A DNA stretch of 64,000 bases, taken from the NCBI RefSeq assembly GCF_947568905.1, contig NC_079169.1, forward strand, positions 58,652,001-58,716,000, read 5' to 3'. Positions within the stretch are counted from its first letter, which is position 1. Each line of letters opens with the position of its first letter. The position numbers and the translations under genes were made by a program. Below the pieces are notes generated by a model. That model was not told where the DNA came from. It searched no databases and saw nothing but the letters and a program-made list of their open reading frames with translations. Source of the DNA: Ostrea edulis (lineage: Eukaryota). Shown here piece by piece: positions 1 to 12,000 of the stretch.

Positions 1-94
1 GTACCATGATTACAACACGTTTATACACATCTACTGATTATCAAAAACACCTCAGATCTAGTGTAGTTAGACTTTTATCATCAAAATTAGTTAC

Positions 95-3000
95 CATTTT
101 CACACAATGGTCCGGTCCACCCCTGTGTGCATGAACAACTAAAAGAGCCGTGCGTGTTTGTACAATTTCCACCATTACCACACGAGTTAGTGGAGGCACT
201 GCATTCATTCACATCTGTAAACAATCATTGCTGAAAAGTCTTTGTTTGCCTGATTTTTGAGAATAGAATATATAATTATATTAAAATTGCTACATTTCTG
301 AAAAAAATAATGTAAGAGTCTATGGATTAAAAAGTCTTGCACCTTGATCACAGCGATCCGCAGACCATCCCACCGGACAATTGCAACGGAAGGAACCAAT
401 CAAATTAGTGCATGAACCACCATTGTAACACGCTGGCGAGTATACCGTGCATTCATTCGTATCTAAAGATAAAAAATAATACATCATTCAAGAACCTTGT
501 ATACGATAGGGTTATTCTTATAATAAAGAAATCCTATTGGTCAATATATGGAAATATTGGCCTCTCATTTTAAAATATAATACGAAAAGGGTACAAATAA
601 TGTAGTTGTGGTTAGATTTTTTTTTACACAATACACAGACCATGTAATAGTCTAGCAATAGGACATTTTGCTAACATATGACATATTGTATACGTCTATG
701 GCTGCAGCCTTATTTTCGCTGCAGCATAATTTTCGCTATTTTCAACAAAGACCAAAACCTTGAAATTTATAACTACAGAGAGCTTAACATAACTTTTCTA
801 TACAATTTGACGTAAAAACAATGAATTTAAAAATGTGTGAAAACGGATTTAGACAGAAAAGCGTCTACGTAACAAGCAACTTTGTATATTAAGATTTAAC
901 GTTTACTAATCAAATACGAAACACTATGATATACATGATATTCTATTTATACCCATCAATCCAATGGAACCTACCTGTTTCACAATGATTAGCTGTGTAT
1001 CCCTGCTGACAGTTACAGTGGTATGATCCAGCTGTGTTGATACAGCGGCCATGGACACAAGGAGAGGATTGACATTCGTCTATATCTAGATCGAGTTTAA
1101 ATCATCTAAGTTGGTTTCTGCTATGATTGACATGAACATTTTAGGACATAAATAGATTCAGTTGAAGGGTCATGCAAATTTATGTAAAACAAGAGAGCAT
1201 TGTGATCATTGTTGTACTTAAATAATTTCATTCCTAATAAGAACTGAGTCAGCCAATATTGCATAGTCTTATATCTTAGGATTTTCGTCTCAGTGCATGA
1301 AAGCTGCAAAAAGCTGTCATCACTTACCAACCCCTTCACTCACCCATCTCTTCACTTACCCATTTCTTTCCTTACCCGTCTCTTCAATTACCAACCTCTT
1401 CACTTACCCATCTCATCAGTCATCACTTACCCATTTCGTCACTTAACCATCTTTTCACTTACCCATCTCCTCACTTACCCATCTTTTCACTTATCCATCT
1501 CTTTACTTACCTTGATGACACCGCGAACCTGACCAGCCACTGGAACACGAGCACGTGAATGAACCTTGGGTATTTGTACATGCACCGTGATTACACAGGT
1601 GACTAGAACATTCATCGACATCTGAAATAGACCATGTGACTACCAATATAAACAATTCTGTTATGGGTCAGAACAAACCCTTAATATAGCGCAGCAGAAT
1701 TTACTAACAAAAGACAAATATAAAATTGATAATAATTATTTACAATTGATAATTGATAGAAAATGTAACAATAGCAAAATACTAACTTACGGTAGCTGAG
1801 CAATAAATCAGAACAGAATCTACACACACAAAATAGTAAGTCCAAAATCGTGGTTTCCAGTATAATAAAATTTAATATGCATAAAAAGTGTCTAACCAGA
1901 GGTTTTTCAATCATAAGAATTTCAGTGTACGAATAGGTTGTGATCCGTAAAAACAAGAATTGGCTGTACAGTAACATTCAAATAAACCACAAATTACTGC
2001 AAAGCTAATAACAAAGCAAGACACTCTTTTTCAAAGGTTGAATCATTCTGTTGACATTTCGTAAGTTTCTTTGAAAAATATGAAACAACTCTATCTACAC
2101 TGTCACCATGTTCTTGAAACAAAGCAGCAACGATTCCTACGTCAATAGCATCTACAGTAAGCTTAAATTGCTTAGAAAAATCTGGAGCTAAAAGAATTGG
2201 ACTACACATGAGAACAGACTTAATCTTACAAAATGATTCGTCGCAGTCATTTGCCCTCTTTTGCAATAAGTTGGTAAGTGAATCACCTGCTGACGAAACA
2301 TTTGGTCAAAATTTTCTGTAAAAACCTGTCATGCTCAAAAATCTTATTAACTTTTTCTTGTTTGTAGGAATCGGGAACTTTGTAAGAGCCACCACTTTTG
2401 CCATAATAGATGTATCATAACCCTGACCTAGTTTATGACCTAAATACTCTACAGTAGCATGACAAAGGTCACTCTTTGCAAGGTTTACTGTTAAGTTTGC
2501 TTTTGTCAGAATGTCGAAGAATCCACGCATGATTTGGAGATGTTCCTCCCATGTGTCGATGTAGATGATAGCATCATCAATGTAGGCTTCACATCCTTGA
2601 AAGTCACGTAGAAGGGAATGAATCATCCGCTGAAAGGTCGCTGGAGCATTTTTCATACCAAACGGCATCTCTTTGTATTGAAAGAGGCCATCGGGAGTCA
2701 CAAATGCAGAGATTTATTTGTCTCTTTCGATCAATGGCACTTGCCAGTAACCCTTCAACAGGTCAAATTTACTGACGAGTTTGGCATTTCCAATTTTGTC
2801 AATACAGTCCTCAATTCTAAGAATTGGATAAGAATCTGAACTCAAATTTACAAAAAAGGAATAGATGCCGTCAACATAAGCAACATTCTTCGACATAAAA
2901 AGTTCAGTCGTGTATTCCAAATTATTTCAAGTTCAAATACACACCCAGTATTTCTTACAAGTATACCTGTACTATTGCAACCAAGCATTTTAATCATAAA

Positions 3001-6000
3001 CAAACTTTGTAGTGCCTAGATATAGGCCATCTTATACTTAATACACCTACGTGTTCTTGTTCTTCATCTTCTTTCAACTATAGTCCAGCTGGACATGTCA
3101 TTACTGGTGATGTTGATATTGTTGAAAATGAGAACCTCAAATCACTTATTCTAAAAGGTCCTAAATACAGAGAACCTCGGTCTTTCAATTGGCGACAGAA
3201 CTTCACATCTATTATGACTTCTGTCGAAGACTATATCAGACGATGGGCTAAATATCAAATAGAAGAACTTGATACATTGTCAGAATGGATTAAAAGTATA
3301 AGAGGAATATTAAAATTCCGTATTATACATATTAAAACAAAAGTACGTACCATCTACCCTTCTGTGTTTAGTAAACCAAAAGTGATAAAAAGAATTAGAT
3401 AGGTTACACTAAGAATAAGTTTTGGTTCCAGCTGACAAAGCTTGTAAAACATTGTCTTTGTAAGGCTCATTATTACAACTGTATTTTAAACGAACTTAAT
3501 TCCACTTTTGGTAATCATTCTTATACTCCAACTGCCCTTTCAAGAGATGAAATTCTTTAAAACCATTCTTCAGTTTTAGGCACATTTGGTATCCCAGTCG
3601 GGGGGTCGAATGAAGGAGTTACCGTACCTATACTAGATTCCTAAACTACACAAAAACCCTTATAAACAAAGATACATCGCTGGATCCAGTAAGTGTTCTA
3701 CCAAGCCCCCATCTTTGCTCCTCACGAAAATATTAACAGCTGTGAAGGAAAAACTTCAAACTCACTGTGCGACTACATATGCCAGAAGTGGTGTAAATCA
3801 AATATGGATTCTAAAAATTCTAAAGAACTTTTGGTAAACTTGAAATAGCAAAACTTTTCTAAGATCAACAACATCAAAACCTATGACTTGATTATCAACA
3901 CTTTGTAATTTAAACACATTTTATTGAGAAACTCAACAGGATTGGGCAACGGGCATAACCTATGTAGGCCCTCTCCCAACACTTTACACGACCACTCCTC
4001 ACGATGAATTAAAGACTAGACTTTTTGACATCATAGACATTTGCTTCTTCAACAAAAATGGAAAACGGAAATATTCATATCTAGTGATCTGTCATCCAAA
4101 AAATTACTTTGTTAAACACCACTCTGATTCCAAGCACAAGTATTCTGAAGTTGAAATAAAAAATATGCTACAGTTCCTCATTGACAATATCCTCGTGGTC
4201 TTTGGTGATCAGGTCTTCCAACAGTCTGTTGGAATTCCCATGGGCACGAATTGTGCTCCTTTGTTAGCTGACCTGTTTTTATATTCCTATGAAGCAGAAT
4301 TTATTCAGAAACTTCTACGTGAGAAGAAAAAATCTCTTGCTGTAACCTTCAATTCCACATTTAGATGTATCGATATATCGACGACATTTTATCTATTAAC
4401 AATAATAACTTTTATTCAGATGTCGATTCGATATATCCCTGCGAGCTCGAAATGCAAGACACCACAGAGTCGTCCACTTCTGCGTCGTACTTACATAGTT
4501 TGATTTTATTTGTAACACGCAATTGATTGGCTGAGCACACAAAAAAAAAAGAAGTTTATATTGTATAATGTAACTTGCTTTGGGGACACGACAACCCCAA
4601 AACGGCACTATTTGGAAACCAAGATGGCGGTTTTCTCGGTCGACGCTATCTCAGTCTGTTGCTAAGTAATTTTTATTTTTCATTGATTGTTTACTGTTTT
4701 GTATAAATGAAGACTTGTAGAGTGTAGCTTTGTCTTTTTATATCAAATAATAAGGAATGAACCTAATTTTGACCTATGTTATACGATATAATGTAACTTG
4801 GCTTCGCGGATTATAAAGCGTAAACTGCACCAAGTTACATTATCAAGGCAGGCTAATGAAAAAACAAGTTCATGTTACAGGGGTTTCAATAGCCTCGTTT
4901 AAAGACAGCATTTCGCAAATCCTATGGTAGTTATAACGATCTAGTTTGCCAACACAACCTATCATTAGGTCTAATGCTGTCTGACGTGTTTCATACCGAT
5001 TGTTAGACCGTTCGTGGCACACTGATTTTGACTACGGATAACTCCGTTTACCTGATCAAGATATAGTGCTCACGGCAAGTATGACCGGTCGAGAGAGGAT
5101 GCTTACTCCTCCTGGGCACCTGATCCCACTTCTGGTGAGTCCAGAGGCTCTTGTTTGCTGAACTACCTACTTTGTATTGCTTATGGGATTTATGAGATTG
5201 ATCACTGTTCGTCATCTTCACCTTTCTTAGTACAATTCTGTAATGTTTGAGCATTGGCTAAAGTTGAAACTGATTTTACAGAATTTCGGTAACATCTATC
5301 AAAATACTCTTTCAACATGTTATTGTGCCAAACTCGTTTTTATTTACGCCAGCCAGGTGTCTTAACTACATAGTTCACATCACTAAGCTTGCTTTTCAAT
5401 TTCATAAGAACCATAATACCTGGCCTGCAAAGAATGACCAGGAACAGGCAAAAATACAAGAACCTTATCACCTGGTTTAAAACATCTGCTACTAGTATCT
5501 TTGTCATACCAAATTTTCATTTTGGCTTGAGAACTCTTGATATTTTCTTTATGAAGTTTCTCTTTGAAATTGGATACATAGTCTAAAAGGTTAAGATCAC
5601 TAGTATCAGTTAGCCATTTTTCTTTCTGCAATTTCAAAGGATCTCTAACTGTATGGACAAATACTAATTCAAAGGGATAGAATCCTAGAGACTCTTGAAC
5701 TGCTTCTTGTGCAGCAAATAAAACAAGGTGAACCCCTTCATCCCAGTCTCTATCATACTGAAAACAATAGGTCTTCATCATAGTTTAAGGGTTTGATGGA
5801 AACGTTCAAGTGCCCCCTGAAACTCAGGATGATAAGCAGTAGACTTATATTGTATTTTTCCTAGATTTTGACATATTAATTTGATCAATCACATGATCTA
5901 AGCATAAAAGCAATCACATGATTCTATCATTAAAACAGTTACATGATCTTATCATGAAAACAGTCACATGATCCAAGCCTTGAAACAGTCACATGATCCA

Positions 6001-9000
6001 AGCCTTAAAACAGCTACGTGTTCCAAGCATTAAATCAGTCACACGATCTTAGCATGAAACTAATCACGTGTTCCAAACATAACAACAGGGATAGAAAATT
6101 CCAGTGCTCCAAACTTGGCACATACCTTGGTCACAATTTTCCCCTCTCCATCCTTGTTGACAAACACAGTTGTATGACCCAAAGGTGTTGCGGCAGGACC
6201 CATGGACACAAGGATTATCTGTTGTGCATTCATCAATATCTACCAATGTAATGATAATTTTCATTCATATGTCGATTCGATATATCCTTGTGAACTCGAT
6301 ATAAAAGACACCACAGAGTCATCCACTTCTGCTTCATACTTAGATATTTTATTGAAAATAAATATTAACGACAAACTAACAACTCAACTTTATGATAAAC
6401 AGGATGATTTCAGCTTCCCCATCGTCAACTTCCCATATTTATGTAGCAATATTCCATTATCACCTCCATATGGTGTTTATATCTTTCAATTGATTCGATA
6501 TGCTAGAACTTCTTCTGCGTTTAAAGTCAGCATTTCGCAAATTCTGTGGTCGTTATAACAATCTAGTTTGCAAGTACAACCTATCATTGGGTGAAATGCT
6601 GTCTGATGTGTTTCATACCGATTGTTAAGCCGTTCTTGGCACACTGATTTTGACTACAGATAACTACGTTTACCTGATCAAGATATAGGGTTCACAGCGG
6701 GTGTGACCGGTCGACAGGGGATGCTTACTTCTCCTAGGCACCTGATCCCACCTCTGGTGTGTCCAGTGGTCCGTGTTTGCCGAACTCTCTATTTTGTATT
6801 GCTTAAATAGGAATTATGAGATTGATCACGGTTCGTTACCTTCACCTTTCATTGAACAGAGCGTAATGGATGTAACCACGTTACTTTATATACTACATCA
6901 CCACAATGGCTGACTTCCTTATCAACAATATTTATTTATTCCTCTTTAATTTGATTGCCAAGATGAGTAGCTCGGTCGGTTAACGTATCGAGTGCTGATT
7001 TGGAAATCGCGGGTTCGAGTCTAGCAAGGGTTTAATTTTTTCCAGATTACTTTCCACTAAAACTGCATCTTTTACTAAATAAAGCAAATTTAAAAGTTTT
7101 CAATTTCAAAATATTATTGTATATATCCTCCACTTTTCAACCATATCAATTTTCTCCGATGTACTATTCCTCCTTAACTCCACATAAAAGACACCACAGA
7201 GTACTCCACATCTGCTTCGTACTTAGATATTTTATTGAAAATAGATATCAACCGCAAACTAACAAGTCTCAGCTTTACGACAAACGCGACGATTTTAGCT
7301 TCTTCATCGTCAACTTCTCATATTTATGTAGCAATATTCCATTTTCACCTACATATGGTGTTTATATCTATCAATTGATTCGATACATAAGAGCTTGTTT
7401 TGCGTATGATCAGTTTTTAAATCGAGGCAGACTACTGCCAAACGAGTTGATATCACTGGGGTTTCAACAATCTCGTTTAAAGTCAGCATTTTGCAAATTC
7501 TATGGTCGTTATAACAATCTAGTTTGGCAATACAACCTATCATTGTGTCAAATGCTGTCTGATGTGTTTCATACCGATTGTTAGGCCATTCTTGGCATAC
7601 TGATTTTGACTACGGATTACGTTTACCTGATCAAGACATAGGGTTCACAGTGGGTGTGACCGGTCGACAGGGAATGCTTACTCCTCCTAGGCACCTGATC
7701 CCACCTCTGGTGTGTCCAGTGGTCCGTGTTTGCTCAACTCTCTATTTTGTATTGATTATAGGAGTTCTGAGATTGATCACTGTTCGTTATCTTCACCTTT
7801 CATACCCTCTAAATTCGTCTCTGATTAAGCATTGAATGGTTAAGAACATTCTGTTCGTACCGAACGGATGGAGTTTCTGACGTACTGTGACATTTGAACC
7901 TGCTTTCTACGAGGGTTAGTGTGATAGCGATATGTTGGTCTTGTAATGATACTGCGCATGTATCAGTTTTCAAACGATGGATGTGATTGGTTGGAGTATA
8001 ACACATGGGAGAAAGAAACAACATTGGAAGATTTACCCTACTAACTCGGGTACTAATCGAAGTCACCCATTGTATTTGATTACCTCGATCGCAGCTCAAA
8101 CCAAATACCACGTGATTAATGACATCAACAATCAATCATTCATTAGTTAGTTTGGTATTATAATGTAATGATGTATTCATAGTCCAATGATTGCCTTTAA
8201 AATCTTATGATTTACTAAAAGAAATTGTGCTAGAATGTAAATTTCGGAATATCAATGAGCCTTGACTTAGGAACAATAGAAAAACAAATATAAAATTGTA
8301 TGAAGCAGAGTATGAAATGGGGATAGGTGTGGGCTCTATGTGAGGTGGGGAGAGGTGTTGGCTTTATGTGAGGTGGGGAGAGGTGTGGGCTCTATGTGAG
8401 GTGCGGAGAGGTGTGAGCTCTATGTGAGGTGGGGAGAAGTGTGGGCTCTATGTGAGGTGGAGAGAGGTGTGGGCTCTATGTGAGGTGGGGAGAGGTTTGG
8501 GCACTATGTGAGGTGAGGAGAGGTGTGGGCTCTATGTGAGGTGGGGAGAGGTGTGGGCTCTATAGGAAGTGGGGTGAGGTGTGGGCTCTATGTGAGGTGA
8601 GGAGAGGTGTGGGCTCTATGTGAGGTGGAGAGAGGTGTGGGCTCTATGTGAGGTGAGGAGAGGTGTGGGCTCTATGTGAGGTGGGGAGAGGTGTGGGCTC
8701 TATGTGAGGTGGGGAGAGGTGTGGGCTATATGTGAGGTGCGGAGAGGTGTGAGCTCTATGTGAGGTGGGGAGAGGTGTGAGCTCTATGTGAGGTGAGGAG
8801 AGGTGTGGGCTCTATGTGAGGTGGGGAGAGGTGTGGCTCTATGTGAGGTGAGGAGAGGTGTGGGCTATATGTGAGGTGGGGAGAGGTGTGGCTCTATGTG
8901 AGGTGGGGAGAGGTGTGGGATCTATAGGAAGTGGGGTGAGGTGTGGGCTCTATGTGAGGTGAGGAGAGGTGTGGGCTATATGTGAGGTGGGGAGAGGTGT

Positions 9001-12000
9001 GGACTCTATATGAGGTGGGGAGAGGAGTGGGTTCTATGAGATGGGGAGAGGTGTGGGCTCTCTGAAAACCTTCCTCTATATCAATGGTATTGTTTTAATT
9101 ATAGAATACCTGTGCTGCAATTAGTACCATTGTAGCCCGCATGACACGTGCACGTGTAATCTCCATACTTAGCGGAGCAAGTCCCTCTCGACCCACAGGG
9201 GTCTGAACGACAGCCTTCGTCTAAAAAGAATTGTTATACTTAATTCATCAAGGGTGAGAGAGGGTTTCTCATGACAGGAAGATTGATTTCATTTCATAAA
9301 AACTAATAGGGAATTTCTTTTAAAGTTATTAACTGACATTCCCCATCATATACTTTTGTCTAACAATCATAGGCATGATTTAGCTACCGAATATCATGAA
9401 GATAAACTATCACAAACACAGATTGAAAAAATATATTCATAGTATCTTACATCCATTTCCGGCTATTTCGTAAAACCAAATGCCATTTTCGCCTGTAAAG
9501 GTTTTTAAAAAATCAAACATCATAATAATATTAGAAACATGTAAACTTTCACTTTTGTAGACAGACTATGCATTATGCACACACACAATCGTATCGTAAT
9601 GGTGAACAAGAAATTCTCTTTAAGATTCATATGCTATTGAAAGTACTGCTTTTATTCATACGAAATATAAAACATCGTGAGCATATTAATCATTATTTTA
9701 CCCGCATTTCCCTGGAAATTACTCAGTTTGAAAGCATCAGTGGTAAAGGAATACTGCATAGTCACGTGTTTTATATCAGAACTCCAACCAGTATACACGC
9801 TGTGGCTTTGAGAACCCACGTTGACGTTGATATAGTTAAATAGAGCATATGACGTAATGTAATCCGTCATGACGACGCACTGAATGGTTACACGCTACAA
9901 GAAAAAAAAACACTCGCAGCAAGTCTCAATCAGTAAGGATCATGGATTTAAGATATACAATTTGCTTAACATATGACCATTATTTAAGATATAAACAGTT
10001 TTGGGAATACACGAGGGCACGAACTGCTACGCTTTACGTTGGCATGCTTCATGAGGTGTGTTAACTATCGCTTCATGAAAAGTACGTTGGCGTGAAGCAT
10101 TGCTGCTGATACCCTCATTTATTTTCAAAAATAAAAAAAATATAATAACATTTACATTCACTCGGCTTTCCCCTCAATCACTGCGTATGAGTACAATTGA
10201 CCTAAAGAGCACAGCGCGGGTTTATTATTTTAAAAATGCAGTTTCAATGTAAATGTAAAAAATGGATAGAAATAAGTGTATGTCATCTCACTCATATACT
10301 TTCAAAAACTGAAAGACATTTCTTTTAAACTCGTACTCATGTGCTTGAATACATGAAATTCTTTCTCATGTATCTAGTTAGCTATCGTGTCATAACGTTC
10401 TTGAACAATAACAAGCATATACCGGGTATCATTAGTATTCCAATGAATTGATATATACAAATTCATGTTAACGTGAATCATAAAAGATGATAGCTTTATA
10501 AGATTTACGATCCTTGTTCAGATCCAGAATGTTTTAAAAGTTAGATTTATTGCAATATATGTTTCTGTCTTTGATATCTCTACAAATTGTAATTAAAGTC
10601 ATTTCTTCATGACTGCGTTGCAGTTGTGAACAATTCGCGTATGAATCTGAATAGATATAGTACGTCTATTTTAACGGTAAGGACTTTCGATAGAAACGAT
10701 TGCTTGATTTTATCTTGAAACGAAAGTAAAATGTAAATATAATGATAATAATAACAAGCATTCTGACAATATTGCAAAAAATTACTGGACCGCAACAATA
10801 TTCAAAGTTCATTATGTAGGTTATGGTAAAGGGGAAATTTGGGGAACCAGGATAGGAATGGTTGGAAATCAACTACTATTCAGATACAAAGATTAGACCA
10901 GGAAAAAAGACAAATTTATAATTAGGTTTAAATCTTTAACCAAGTCAATAAACTGTGACATGTAGGTAATCATGAATAATTTAGCTACATTGTTGTAATA
11001 CTATGCTAGAAGTTTTAATGAGTGTAGTACTCTTATCCACAGAAATAGAAACTTGGATGAATCAATCTGTCCACCAGCCGCCGCCATACTCTATGTGAGA
11101 CTGAGGCAAATGAAGTCGGTTCCGGCAATATTGCGGCCGGAGTCAGAACAATGCCACGAACAGATCTGCACGCTCTGATTCCTTGACCAATTGCGAACAG
11201 TCGGATATAATATTCTGCGGATCCCAGGAATGACAGATGCTGTTGTGAATCATTGACGAAGGTGACGCAATCAGTTGAAGTGATCCTGTGCAACTGCGTA
11301 ACGCGTGGTCTATTTGATGAAGCATGCTGTTGGTATGGTTGATATCTGTTCCTATAGGCGAGATTTAGTGTTTTGCACACCATTGAAATCCCTTGCAACT
11401 GCAAATTGTGACACACCTGCTTCCAGTACTCCAGATGGGTTGTTGCACTGAGCACCATTCAGATGCGGCATTTCCCAAAAACTGGTTCCATTTAAAGACA
11501 ACGCAATGAGATATCGAGAACCCGTGTATTTGATGCATATTGATTTAGACAAAACTTCAGTTATATCTATTTTACAAAACCCAAACTTCAAAATTTTCCA
11601 TTGATTTTTTAAAGCGTTGATGATACTTCCATCCTCATTATAGAAAATGTCAGGACAGTCTATCAGTGTTTTTTTTATCCATATGAAACTGGGATACTTC
11701 GTTTTAGGTGCATTTGCTTTTGCACGACATTGCGGAAAATTTTCCATCTCTGTTAAATTGAGTGTTGCCCGAATGATAACTCCGAGACAACTTTTCTAAA
11801 GACATTTCCAAATTGAGTTATCATTAACGGTTCTGGAATACCATCTCCAAATACATGGAAAAGTCCTAAACCTGGTAGCAGGTACTTAATGTGATTCGTT
11901 AGAATATCTATACTAATTAGGCTATAGGAATGACTGAGAAAGAAGTAGATGACTTACATCGAGACTTGTCCTGCTACTGTAAAAATTCGAATTCCACCAC

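Larger units (their letters stand above)
1659..5880 (-). mobile_element. Degenerate Gypsy LTR retrotransposon with INT-RT-RH order (Gmr1-like), split by a Naiad insertion
   Basis: Integrase C-terminal part at ~5880-5240 ([37 protein letters not shown]). RT at 2920-2306 ([21 protein letters not shown]; [21 protein letters not shown]). RNase H at 2266-~1930 ([24 protein letters not shown]). AT-rich LTR-like tail ends at ..cccataaca (1659). Frameshifts and stops throughout. Confidence 0.8.

Noticed and set aside
1293-1532. ORFs with repetitive translations (also 18035-18232, 27647-27956, 45347-45675)
   Set aside because: They are by-products of tandem repeats that lack stop codons in some frames.
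1659-1976. A TGTTA...TAACA solo LTR
   Set aside because: The taaca at 1972-1976 is part of the RNase H coding sequence (NVTVQ on minus) and there is no TSD. Only the 1659 end is LTR-like.
3030-7802. Selenocysteine-encoding Naiad (described for some clams and spiders)
   Set aside because: The Cys positions I could read (CSC linker, DKAC, YNC, TNCAP, HTDC) use TGT/TGC, and I saw no convincing SECIS in the 3' UTR.
6240-9109. Additional EGF exons of paralog A; ORF 7809-8135
   Set aside because: No Cys-spaced EGF pattern with splice sites was found in this interval, and the ORF has no recognisable motif.
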